Shown here: piece after piece, positions 40,362-49,446 of the stretch
How the letters are laid out: each line of letters starts with the position of its first letter
Numbering within the stretch: the stretch's first letter is position 1
NCBI GenBank assembly: GCA_965208425.1
Contig: OZ242335.1
Span: forward strand, 84,586-148,585
DNA length: 64,000 nucleotides
Origin: Candidatus Poribacteria bacterium
Lineage (GTDB): Bacteria > Poribacteria > WGA-4E > PCPOR2b
Direction of reading: 5' to 3'
The notes under the pieces: model-generated
What the model saw: the letters and a program-made list of their open reading frames with translations, nothing else
Databases searched by the model: none
Told to the model about the DNA's origin: nothing
Translations under genes and position numbers: made by a program

Positions 40362-41930
40362 ATGCTTGAACTTTACGACACAACACTCAGAGACGGAAAC
40401 CAAGGGGAAGGGGTCGCTTTCTCGGTTGAGGACAAGCTGCTTATCATCAAAGCCCTTGATCGTCTGGGCATCCATTACATCGAAGGCGGATACCCCGGCT
40501 CGAATCCAAAAGATATGGAGTTCTTCAAAAGTGCAAAATCACTTCAACTCCAACAGTCAGAAGTCGTGCCTTTCGGCAGCACACGCCATCCGCGCTATCA
40601 ACCCAGTGAAGACCCCAATCTGCTAGCATTACTAGATACAGGTGCCCGCACCGTCACGATTTTTGGAAAGAGTTGGGAACTCCACGCCACAGACGTGCTT
40701 CGTGTCACAGCACAGGAAAATATTGAACTCATCGAAAGCTCAGTTCGTTTTCTGGTCGAGAGCGGACGCGAGGTTATCTACGATGCAGAACACTTCTTTG
40801 ATGGTTATGATGACCAACCGGATTATGCACTGCAAACCCTCAAAGCGGCAGCACGGGGCGGCGCAAGATGTGTCGTGTTATGCGACACGAACGGCGGTCG
40901 ATTGCCTCTAGAAATTCAGGAAGGTGTACGGTCAGTCATGGCGGAGATTGATCTGCCAGTCGGTATTCACACCCATAACGATGCCGGCGTGGGGGTCGCA
41001 AACACCGTTCTTGCTGTGCAGGCGGGGGCAGCGCATATACAAGGAACATTCAACGGTTACGGTGAACGCTGCGGCAATGCCAATCTCGCTTCTATCATCC
41101 CAACACTCAAACTCAAGCTAGAGATTGACTGCATCACCGAGGAGGGACTGAGCCAACTGACAGAAACATCACGTCTTATCAGTGAACTGGCGAACCTGCC
41201 ACACGACGAGCGTCAGCCGTATGTTGGGAGTTCCGCTTTCGCTCACAAAGGCGGTATGCACATCGACGCTGTGCGCAAGAATCCACGCACCTTTGAACAT
41301 ATTGATCCGGAACTAGTCGGCAATGAACAACGCATTCTAATCTCCGATCAGGCCGGTAAAAGTGCTATCCTAAAAAAGATTGAAAGACGCTATCCAAATT
41401 ACGACAAGAATTCACCGGAAGTCATCGCCCTTTTCGATCGGCTGAAAGAAGCGGAAAATGAAGGTTATCAATATGAAGCGGCTGATGCATCGTTTGAACT
41501 GCTGACCCGTACGCTCTTGGATGGCTATCAGCCCTTTTTCGATCTGCTCGGCTTCCGCGTTATTATTGAAAAAGTCAAAGACCACGGCATCCGGTCTGAA
41601 GCAACAATTAAAGTAATGGCACCCGATGGCGAAGTTGAACACACCGCCGCTGATGGCGATGGTCCTGTCAATGCCCTCGACAGCGCGCTGCGCAAAGCAC
41701 TTGAGCGTTTCTATCCCTCCCTACACGATGTCCATCTCACCGACTATAAGGTACGCGTTTTGGACACCCAAGCTGGCACTGGCGCGAAAGTGCGTGTGCT
41801 GATTGAAGCAAGCGATGGGCGAGAACATTGGGGTACGGTTGGTGTATCAGAAAACATCATACAGGCGAGTTGGGAAGCCCTCACGGATAGCTTGGAATAC
41901 AAACTTTATAAAGACAGTCGTGAAGCGTAA
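40362..41930 (+). CDS. cimA: Citramalate synthase
   Basis: DTTLRDG.QGEG, IEGGYPGSNPKD, DAEHFFDG, HTHND, AHKGGMH, C-terminal regulatory domain. Confidence 0.93.
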   Translation: MLELYDTTLRDGNQGEGVAFSVEDKLLIIKALDRLGIHYIEGGYPGSNPKDMEFFKSAKSLQLQQSEVVPFGSTRHPRYQPSEDPNLLALLDTGARTVTIFGKSWELHATDVLRVTAQENIELIESSVRFLVESGREVIYDAEHFFDGYDDQPDYALQTLKAAARGGARCVVLCDTNGGRLPLEIQEGVRSVMAEIDLPVGIHTHNDAGVGVANTVLAVQAGAAHIQGTFNGYGERCGNANLASIIPTLKLKLEIDCITEEGLSQLTETSRLISELANLPHDERQPYVGSSAFAHKGGMHIDAVRKNPRTFEHIDPELVGNEQRILISDQAGKSAILKKIERRYPNYDKNSPEVIALFDRLKEAENEGYQYEAADASFELLTRTLLDGYQPFFDLLGFRVIIEKVKDHGIRSEATIKVMAPDGEVEHTAADGDGPVNALDSALRKALERFYPSLHDVHLTDYKVRVLDTQAGTGAKVRVLIEASDGREHWGTVGVSENIIQASWEALTDSLEYKLYKDSREA

Positions 41931-42043
41931 AACGTGATGCGTGATAATCCGCAAACGGTGCGAGAAAAATCACCCCTTAAATCAGTCTTAATGCTTGACA
42001 GAACCGCTTCTATTTGTTACAATATATGTAACAGTTGGATAAT

Positions 42044-42247
42044 TATAGTGAATTCTAAAAATAAAGGGACACTTTCGCCTCCCGGTAGGTGCGGTCCGAT
42101 AAATCGTGACCAGGGCTTCTAACCGCATCGCATAGATGCCGTGGTGGGTTGAAACGGCTTGTCCCGATTCTCGGGATCTCGATAAATCGGGATTGGAAAC
42201 AGTGCCTACCAATTTAGAGTGTTCCATTAATTCTAAGATCTACTATA
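42044..42247. repeat. MITE family B (inverted)
   Basis: TATAGTGAATTC...ATTAATTCTAAGATCTACTATA. Confidence 0.65.
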
Positions 42248-42357
42248 AATCAATAGGAGGTTTTACATGACATCTTTCAATTTACTCAAGCCAAAGTCTA
42301 GGCTTCGGTCTAATGATTTTCCGTTACAAATAACGGTAAAACTGATATAATTGTTTT

Positions 42358-42430
42358 GTCTTTCGGTGGGAGAATGGCGTACCGTCGCTTGGCGGTGTCT
42401 CCTACACCTACGCCAAGGGAATCGAAAGAC
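42358..42430 (+). ncRNA. Pseudoknotted IS605 leader RNA motif, copy 3
   Basis: Stems GTCTTTCG/CGAAAGAC, GTGGGAGA/TCTCCTAC, ACCGTC/GGCGGT, CCT/AGG; pseudoknot TGGCGT/ACGCCA. Confidence 0.65.
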
Positions 42431-42445
42431 GGAAAGACAATTCCA

Positions 42446-43546
42446 ATGTTAAAAACTCACAAAATCGCTTTAGATCCAAATAACGTTCAAGCGACGCAGT
42501 TCGCTCAACATTGCGGTTATGCTCGTGTTGCATATAACACTGCCTTAACCGATTTCAAAGAAGGATTGGATACAGGTGATTGGCGTTGTCATATAGTGCT
42601 CTGTCGTCGTTTGAATGCAATCAAAGCAGAAGCCTTTCCTTGGTCAACGTCACATTCGCAAAACGCCTCCAAGAATGCGATTTATACCAATCTCAAGGAT
42701 GCTATAGGACGTTGGAAGTCAGGACAGAATCGGTTTCCCAAGTTCAAGAAGCGTTCACACGGTCAGAGTTATCAAGCGGATAGCGGTCGAGGCACAATCC
42801 CTGTCGTAGGCAAGCGGATTAAACTTCCCAAAATCGGTTGGGTTCGCTTATGTCAATCCCTACGCTTCCTTGGTACTATCTGCAAAGTCGTTATCTCTAA
42901 GACAGCTAACCGTTGGTTCGCTTCTATCACTGTTGATACTTTTATTGACAATCCCATATCTGATAATCGTGGACTTCCTACTGTTGGTGTGGACGTAGGT
43001 ATCAAGCACTTGGCGGTCACGTCCGAAGGGGTGTACTACGAGAATCCGAAAGTCTTAAAACGTTATGAGCGCAAGTTAAAACGGTTACAACGCCGGTTAA
43101 GCCGCCGGGAAAAAGGGAGTCGGAATTGGCATAAGACGAGAGCGAAACTTGCCAAGCTGCATTACCGTATCACCTGTATCCGACAAGACGCTCAACACAA
43201 GGCAACAACAGCTATTGTCAACGGTGCAAGTCGTATCGGAATAGAGTCTCTGAACGTTACTGGAGTGCTCAAGAATCATAGACTTGCCAAAGCATTATCA
43301 GATGCCTCACTGTCAACGTTTCTGTCTATGCTCAAATACAAGGCAGAACGGATAGGCGTAAAGATTGTAGAAGCAGACACCTTCTACCCAAGCAGTAAGA
43401 CTTGTTCCGCTTGCGGTACGGTCGATAGCGACTTGTTCTTGTCGGATAGGACCTACCATTGCAGTGTGTGTGGTCATACACAAGACAGAGACCTTAACGC
43501 TGCAATAAACCTCAGAACCGTCGCCGTGGGACACACGGAGACGTAA
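42446..43546 (+). CDS. tnpB: TnpB RNA-guided endonuclease, close paralog of 10426-11526
   Basis: GVDVGIK, IGIESLN, CSAC/CSVC, DRDLNAAINL. Confidence 0.95.
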   Translation: MLKTHKIALDPNNVQATQFAQHCGYARVAYNTALTDFKEGLDTGDWRCHIVLCRRLNAIKAEAFPWSTSHSQNASKNAIYTNLKDAIGRWKSGQNRFPKFKKRSHGQSYQADSGRGTIPVVGKRIKLPKIGWVRLCQSLRFLGTICKVVISKTANRWFASITVDTFIDNPISDNRGLPTVGVDVGIKHLAVTSEGVYYENPKVLKRYERKLKRLQRRLSRREKGSRNWHKTRAKLAKLHYRITCIRQDAQHKATTAIVNGASRIGIESLNVTGVLKNHRLAKALSDASLSTFLSMLKYKAERIGVKIVEADTFYPSSKTCSACGTVDSDLFLSDRTYHCSVCGHTQDRDLNAAINLRTVAVGHTET

Positions 43547-43656
43547 AACGTCCCGATTTATCGGGAGATCCCGATTTATCGGGGTGGAGAGATGGTAAGC
43601 CCACGGTACTTCGTGGCACGTCTCGTCGAAACAGGAAAATAGCATGGAGATGTAAA

Positions 43657-44265
43657 ATGTCTACCAATCAGTCTATTAAGAATCCCAAGTCTTTAGGCTT
43701 GGGAGCAGTCAATGATTTACAACAGATTGCTAAGGCAGCGCAAGAGATTATCCAGATCTGTGAGCAAAAACGGACTAACAAAGCAGACAAGGAAAAGCTG
43801 CTTAAGCTGCAGGGGGCAATCCTCACACATATCGAAGAGCTTACCGAATGCGAAGCTTGCGGGTCAATCACAGATCTAGTTGTGACGATGACGATCGAAC
43901 CGGTGACGGCAAAGCTATGCAAAGATTGTGGGATAAGCGCGATCGAAGCCGGAAAAATTAAAAAAGCTACGACGCGAAAGCGATCCCCCCGAACTGCACA
44001 GAAAAATGTACCAGTATCGAAGAAAAAATCATCGCCACGACGAGCATCACCCAAGAATGCCGACGAACTGTATGCCGAGGTAGAGAAGGAAACAAGGCTC
44101 AAGAAAACGGATGTCAAACGCCTGCACAAAATTATCCAAGAGATCGCGAGTCCGATGAACCTTGAGAACACAGTCTTATATGTGAAGCATGAGGCTGAAC
44201 TTGCGAAATTGAGGATAGAGCAAGATGCTTTGAAAACGGCGGTCACGTTATTAATGGCGGCGTGA
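43657..44265 (+). CDS. Hypothetical zinc-finger, K/R-rich protein; N-terminus supplied by the IS right end
   Basis: CEAC...CKDC and a basic SPR/SPK linker. The original AGGAGG-ATG start is stranded at 42255-42269. Confidence 0.75.
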   Translation: MSTNQSIKNPKSLGLGAVNDLQQIAKAAQEIIQICEQKRTNKADKEKLLKLQGAILTHIEELTECEACGSITDLVVTMTIEPVTAKLCKDCGISAIEAGKIKKATTRKRSPRTAQKNVPVSKKKSSPRRASPKNADELYAEVEKETRLKKTDVKRLHKIIQEIASPMNLENTVLYVKHEAELAKLRIEQDALKTAVTLLMAA

Positions 44266-44362
44266 AATTTCGCTATCATATCTCAGACTGCATCAAGGTT
44301 CGTCCGTTGAACCTTGCGAAGATTTGGAGCTTTTGGAACTTTTAGTTAAACCCGACAATTTC

Positions 44363-44391
44363 TGAAACAGATTCTCTCCTGATGACGTTTA
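44363..44391 (+). promoter_or_regulatory. Candidate ECF autoregulatory promoter
   Basis: TGAAAC-N17-CGTTTA just upstream of the ECF gene. Confidence 0.4.
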
Positions 44392-44436
44392 GGATAGTAC
44401 GATCTTGGAAACGATAGGGACAAGGAGGCGCTTACC

Positions 44437-45045
44437 GTGACAGATAAAATGATCGATGACCTATCGGATCAAGAAGATACACAACTGGCAACGTTGACAA
44501 AGGCGGGAAACGAAGAGGCCTTTCGATCGTTGTTTGATAAACATTACAACTGGGTTTATAGTAAAACGTATCGAATGCTGTGCAATCATCAGGATACGGA
44601 GGAAATATCCTTAGATATCTTTATGAAAGTGTGGCAGAAGATCGGGAAATGGGATACTGTTCAAGGTAGTTTTCAAGCGTGGTTGAATGTTGTTGCAAAA
44701 AACACAATAATTGATGCAATCCGCAAAAAAGAAAGAATTCGTGAGTCACTTTTAAGTATGGAGGATGAATCTGAATTGCCACTTGTTGAATACCAAGACC
44801 AGCGACCAACGCCTGAAAAACAGGTCGAATCCCGAGAAGCTCAAGAGATTCTTGAATGGGCACTCCAGATGGTGAAAAAGCCAAATCACCGAGTTGCTTG
44901 GATTTTACGCCATCTAGAGGGGTGTAGTATTGCCGAGATTTCGCAAACGCTCCAGCGTAAGGAAGGAACTGTTAAAATCTGGATCTTCCGTTGCACAGAG
45001 GAGTTACGCCAAATTCTGACCAGAAAGGGTCTAAAATGGGTTTAA
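44437..45045 (+). CDS. ECF sigma-70 factor
   Basis: Region 2 (GNEEAF..LFDKH, D.EE...DIF.KVW, FQAWL..VAKN..ID) and region 4 (EG.S..EIS..L....GTVK). Confidence 0.92.
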   Translation: MTDKMIDDLSDQEDTQLATLTKAGNEEAFRSLFDKHYNWVYSKTYRMLCNHQDTEEISLDIFMKVWQKIGKWDTVQGSFQAWLNVVAKNTIIDAIRKKERIRESLLSMEDESELPLVEYQDQRPTPEKQVESREAQEILEWALQMVKKPNHRVAWILRHLEGCSIAEISQTLQRKEGTVKIWIFRCTEELRQILTRKGLKWV

Positions 45046-45061
45046 TGATTAGGGGGATAAA

Positions 45062-46204
45062 ATGAAATTTTGGAAAAAAGTAACACAAAATTTCAGTAAA
45101 GATGAAGTAAGAAAAGCGGAGATGCTAGAGATTCATACACGCAGAATCCGAGGAGAACGGCTATCTCGCAAGCAAACCCGGTTGTTAAAAGCAAGCGAGC
45201 AATATCCAGAATTGGACCCTTTGAAAGATCTCATTGATTTTGCACATCACCGTTTTGAGGAGAGAGAAAATGTCACCCCGCTTCCTGGAGCAAAACGACG
45301 CATCGCTAACAATCTGATGCAGTTAATTGGTCGTGACGCTCCGGAAGATGATGCGCTGCTAGGCGATGAAATTAGCTTGGTGCCAGCATACAGCCCTGAT
45401 CTGGTCGGGAGTGATAGTGAACTTGCCTTACCAAATGTTTCCGGTGATCTACCGCCACCAATTCCTGAATCGATAGATCCGCTTAATGAGACTGTCATCC
45501 TTGAAGGTGAAGCGGTAGAATCGGCAACGTCTCCAGTAGAGGCATGTCACCTGAAATTGCAGGTGGCGCAGGGCGATGAGGTTGGACGTGAGTATGACAT
45601 CTCTTTCCAACCTATGATTATCGGCTGTGGGGGGGAGGTAGCTGTCCAGTTAGATGCCAACACCCCTGTATCACAACATCATGCGTTACTCACTGTTGAT
45701 GACGATGAGCTGCTGATCACAAATCTTGACAGCGACAGTGGTACGTCGGTTGATGGCGCTAAAATTACTGAACCAACACCACTTCATGTCGCCTCTAGGG
45801 TCCAGATAGGCGGACAGGTGCTTGAAGTGGCTGCATTCCGGCGGGATGCTAGTGTCCTAGGTGTTTCCTTTGAAGTTGTAGAAGGACCCGATGTGGGACA
45901 GGTCCACTGGGTCCATTTCAAAGAAATGACGGTCGGACGCAGCGCAGCAGCGCAAATCAAACTTGCTGATTCAACAGGAACCCTCTCTCGCCTACATGCT
46001 CGGTTTAATCTGAAAAACGGCGAGGTATATCTTACCGATCTCGGTAGTAAAAACGGGACTTACGTTGATGGCTTTCGTATAGAGGAGCCAACCGTCGTTG
46101 AACCAGGCATGCGCATTGGGTTCAGTGAAATTATCTGTGAAGTCACGCACATTGAAAATTCCAGAGACAATCCCAATGCTTTAGCGTTGGGTCAAACGGC
46201 GTAA
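45062..46204 (+). CDS. Soluble protein with two FHA domains, putative anti-sigma or regulator
   Basis: Second FHA intact (GR, SRLHA, SKNGT); first FHA degenerate. The last 13 codons come from an inserted IS left end. Confidence 0.8.
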   Translation: MKFWKKVTQNFSKDEVRKAEMLEIHTRRIRGERLSRKQTRLLKASEQYPELDPLKDLIDFAHHRFEERENVTPLPGAKRRIANNLMQLIGRDAPEDDALLGDEISLVPAYSPDLVGSDSELALPNVSGDLPPPIPESIDPLNETVILEGEAVESATSPVEACHLKLQVAQGDEVGREYDISFQPMIIGCGGEVAVQLDANTPVSQHHALLTVDDDELLITNLDSDSGTSVDGAKITEPTPLHVASRVQIGGQVLEVAAFRRDASVLGVSFEVVEGPDVGQVHWVHFKEMTVGRSAAAQIKLADSTGTLSRLHARFNLKNGEVYLTDLGSKNGTYVDGFRIEEPTVVEPGMRIGFSEIICEVTHIENSRDNPNALALGQTA

Positions 46205-46599
46205 TTTTGTCCCGATTCTCGGGATCCCGACCTGTCGGGGCTTGATGTTCTTAGCAAAAGTATGGTATAATTTTAATACGTCCAAAAGCGGGAGAGTCTC
46301 ACCCCTACGCCTTGTAGGGTCTCCCGTTCCTTCTGGTGAAACAGAGGAATTGGACGCGTGGCTACCCAAGCCACATAAGGACGAAAACCAAGTCCAACAA
46401 TTATACCGTCGTGGCGGGACACGCCAAGACGTTAAAACGCTTGTGGAGGGACAGTAAGACCTCCGATGTATTGGAGGCAAGTTTCGTCGAAGCAAGTATA
46501 CGGCAGGGGTGCCCTTATCTGGACAGGCCCGTAAGTCCGTTAAAAACTCTCAAAGGAGACTCATAAGAATCCCAATGTTTCAACTTTGGGAGCGGTCAA
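46157..46599 (+). mobile_element. Non-autonomous IS200/IS605 derivative (leader RNA plus omegaRNA-like region, no tnpB)
   Basis: TTGAA|...CAAT plus hairpin CCCAATGCTTTAGCGTTGGG; right end AAGAATCCCAATG...TTGGGAGCGGTCAA. 46405-46500 resembles the tnpB 3' omegaRNA at 43518-43640. Confidence 0.8.
46279..46356 (+). ncRNA. Pseudoknotted IS605 leader RNA motif, copy 4
   Basis: Stems CGTCCAA/TTGGACG, GCGGGAGA/TCTCCCGT, CCTAC/GTAGG; pseudoknot GTCTCACC/GGTGAAAC. Confidence 0.6.
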
Positions 46600-46874
46600 C
46601 ACATTTAGTCAATGAGTCTGTCTGTGATTTCGTGATTCAGTACAACGAAAGTAAACAGATAGGTTCGGGCATATACAATACGCCGCCTATTATTACATGC
46701 CGCATTTTTCTTTTCACCACAACGTGGAGAGAGGGATGCGGTTTTTTTCTATTTGAATTTTGAATCGTCTAAGGTATAATATTTCAACCTAAATGACTGT
46801 TAAATCGTACATACCTCCTGTTAAGTACTCCGACAATTCAGTGAGGAGAGGAGTTTAATCCTCATCAGTCACCC

Positions 46875-47978
46875 ATGAGTCAGAGACAAGCTGCATTTAC
46901 CTATTTTAACCGTGCTGCAAATCTTTATCGGCAAGTCTGCTATGCCCAAGCCATTGAATATTATCTGGCGGGCTTAGAGATCGATCCGATGTGTGTGGAG
47001 GGGTATGCAGACTTGGCAAAGGCGTATGAAAAATTGGGGTGCTGGGATCAAGCAATTGAGTCGCTGGAGACTGCGCTAAGACTCCGTCCCGGTTATCCAA
47101 CCGCCCTTCGCCGCAGGGAACGCATTATCGAGGAGAAAAATGTTTATGATAGCTTAACCGATGAACTAAACCTAGCCCTTAGTGCCGCTGACCAACATCA
47201 GTCAACCGATCCAGTTCAGCGAAGTAACCTCGCAATCGAACACGAGTTCTTCACACTAACCGGTCGGTGCACAATCTCACAGAAGTTACTATTGATCATC
47301 TCGCAAATCATCGAACGCACCTATCATGAAGTTGGCAAAATTTTCCAATACCATCCGCAACACAAGGTTCCTGTCTTTATTGAAGATGCCAAGCAAATAG
47401 ATACGTCACAAGTCACAACGTCGGTGCACAGCACAGTATCTCCGGTTGAAGTTGGAAATCACACACTGTTTTCGGAGGTTTCTCTCCCACAGTGGGCGGT
47501 CGCTTGTTATGACAATGGAAGCATTCGGCTGGCTTACCGCCCTTATCGCGATTCCAGTCTCGGTGTTTTATACGCAGTCATTCGCCACGAATGGACACAT
47601 CTTCTTATTGACCTACTGGCGGGGGGGCGATGTCCCAACTGGCTTGACGAAGGACTCGCTCAATTTGTTGCACGCCCGTTAATGAGCTCTGAGAAGACGT
47701 GCTTACAACAAGCAAATCGAGATAAACAGCTCTTACCTCTCCACCTCCTGCGAAAACCGTTTCGGAACCTTCCGGAGAAGCAACGTCGTTTAGCATACCT
47801 CCAGTCCTACGCAATCACCAGATACCTGATACAGCAGTTCGGTTTTGCTGTACTCCGAGATGTTCTCAAACACCTCGGTGACGAAAAATCGACCGATACA
47901 GCATTTCAAGAGGTGTTCGGGAAAACAGAAGAAGAAATTGTCGTCGCTGCAAACGTGGAGCATTGCATGACCGTCTAG
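46875..47978 (+). CDS. TPR plus peptidase MA-like (gluzincin) protein
   Basis: N-terminal TPRs; HEWTH...P.WLDEGLA; AY.QS. Confidence 0.8.
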   Translation: MSQRQAAFTYFNRAANLYRQVCYAQAIEYYLAGLEIDPMCVEGYADLAKAYEKLGCWDQAIESLETALRLRPGYPTALRRRERIIEEKNVYDSLTDELNLALSAADQHQSTDPVQRSNLAIEHEFFTLTGRCTISQKLLLIISQIIERTYHEVGKIFQYHPQHKVPVFIEDAKQIDTSQVTTSVHSTVSPVEVGNHTLFSEVSLPQWAVACYDNGSIRLAYRPYRDSSLGVLYAVIRHEWTHLLIDLLAGGRCPNWLDEGLAQFVARPLMSSEKTCLQQANRDKQLLPLHLLRKPFRNLPEKQRRLAYLQSYAITRYLIQQFGFAVLRDVLKHLGDEKSTDTAFQEVFGKTEEEIVVAANVEHCMTV

Positions 47979-47989
47979 GAGAATTAGTC

Positions 47990-48484
47990 ATGGGAAAACT
48001 TGATATTGCCATCATAATCATCGCTGGTGTGGGTGGTCTGAGCTGCCTGCGGGCAGGCTTTACACGGAGCGTCTGGGGAATTGCTGCTCTGTCTGCTGGT
48101 ACATTCGTCGCTAGCCAAGTCTGGCAAGACGTGACCCCTTTCCTGCTCCGTTTCATAAAGCAAGAACCGCTCGCTAAGTGGATTAGTATTATCGCTATTG
48201 TTGCCGCTGTGAGCATTGTGATTGATATGGTGTTTAGTCACATTCAGAAGATCGTAGAACGTGGCGTCTTAGGGTGGGTCAACCACATCATTGGAGGTGC
48301 TTTTGGAGTGGTATCTAGTGCTATTCTGATTGGATGTTTTCTCTTGTTGTTGGATCGCTTCGGCGGAGAGGAAGCTAGACAAGCCGTTGCCAATTCCCGT
48401 TTTGGCCCCGATCTCTTAGAGATTGCTAGGCAAGTTTTCGATTTTGGGGAGGAGGCAATTAAAGAACATTTTGGCCCGATGTAA
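47990..48484 (+). CDS. cvpA: CvpA (colicin V production) family membrane protein
   Basis: LDI.II...G...GF..S, four transmembrane segments, LGWVN...GG.FG. Confidence 0.8.
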   Translation: MGKLDIAIIIIAGVGGLSCLRAGFTRSVWGIAALSAGTFVASQVWQDVTPFLLRFIKQEPLAKWISIIAIVAAVSIVIDMVFSHIQKIVERGVLGWVNHIIGGAFGVVSSAILIGCFLLLLDRFGGEEARQAVANSRFGPDLLEIARQVFDFGEEAIKEHFGPM

Positions 48485-48492
48485 AAGGCAAT

Positions 48493-48644
48493 GGCTCATG
48501 TAAAAAGAGAGTGCAAAGCACGAAGTAAAGGCCCCCTTTGTACCCCCCTTAATCCCCCCGCCCCGACAGGTCGGGATGCAAGCACAAGCAGGGGGAGAGT
48601 AACCCCTGATAAATCGGGATGCAAGTGCTTGTGGCTTATGAGCG
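48493..48644. mobile_element. MITE family A
   Basis: 8-bp duplication AAGGCAAT. Confidence 0.85.
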
Positions 48645-48688
48645 AAGGCAATTCTTCAGCGCACCCTAATTTCCCACAGAACTAACCC

Positions 48689-49411
48689 ATGCACAGCTGC
48701 TATGTTCCGCCCCCGCAAATCTCCGAAGACACCATCCATATTAACGAATCCGAGCAGCATCACCTGCTCAATGTACTCCGCTTGAGGACTGATGATCAAA
48801 TTGAAGTCTTTGACGGAGTAGGCAACCGTTATATTGCCTCACTTCATGATACCCCCACTTCCCCACTACAGGCGAAGATTCTCCAGCATCAGTTTCACCC
48901 ACGCACCCCACCGTATATTACCCTATTTCAGGGCTTGCCCAAATTTGACAAAATGGATCTAATCGTGCAGAAGACAACCGAGATCGGTGTGAATGAAATT
49001 GCGCCGATGATTTGTGAGCGTTCAATACCGAAAGCGGTTGTACAGCAGAAACGGACGGTACGCTGGCAACGGATTGCAAATGAAGCTGCCAAACAGTGTA
49101 AACGTCCCCATTTCGCCCACGTATTTGCCCCTGAGGGGTTGGAGGGGTGTCTTGGAAGGGTAGACCACTTAGATCTATTAATTCTGTTGTGGGAAGGCGA
49201 AAAACGGCAGGGACTCAAGGAGATATTACGAAATCATGGTGCGGCAAAGTCAATTGGGCTTTTTGTGGGACCCGAAGGGGGATTCACAGACGAAGAGGTG
49301 GAGTTGGCAGCTCAAAACGGCTGCCTACCTGCAACATTCGGCGGCAATATCTTGCGCACAGAAACCGCTGCAATCGTTAGCGTAGCATCGGTAATGTATG
49401 AACTCAGGTAA
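48689..49411 (+). CDS. rsmE: 16S rRNA m3U1498 methyltransferase
   Basis: HLLNVLRL, K.DKMDLIVQK.TEIGV, EAAKQC.R, VGPEGGF, ILRTETA. Confidence 0.95.
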   Translation: MHSCYVPPPQISEDTIHINESEQHHLLNVLRLRTDDQIEVFDGVGNRYIASLHDTPTSPLQAKILQHQFHPRTPPYITLFQGLPKFDKMDLIVQKTTEIGVNEIAPMICERSIPKAVVQQKRTVRWQRIANEAAKQCKRPHFAHVFAPEGLEGCLGRVDHLDLLILLWEGEKRQGLKEILRNHGAAKSIGLFVGPEGGFTDEEVELAAQNGCLPATFGGNILRTETAAIVSVASVMYELR

Positions 49412-49446
49412 GCATCACATACCCTGTATCAATGAGAAATTGATAA

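Larger units (their letters stand above)
42272..43712 (+). mobile_element. IS200/IS605-family tnpB-only element inserted after ATGAC of a host start codon
   Basis: Target TGAC (42268-42271); left guide CAAG at +16..19 before hairpin CCAAAGTCTAGGCTTCGG; right end GAAT, hairpin, TCAA (43709-43712). Confidence 0.85.

Noticed and set aside
42366-42420. Leader RNA as an HDV-like ribozyme
   Set aside because: The helix order is similar, but the inner hairpin is 4-7 bp with variable loops and I see no conserved L3/P1.1 or catalytic C. Left as a test, not a call.
42272-43712. IStron (group I intron) explanation for host-gene rescue
   Set aside because: The 5' non-coding part is only about 170 bp, no group I core is recognisable, and the element ends in TCAA rather than an omega-G.
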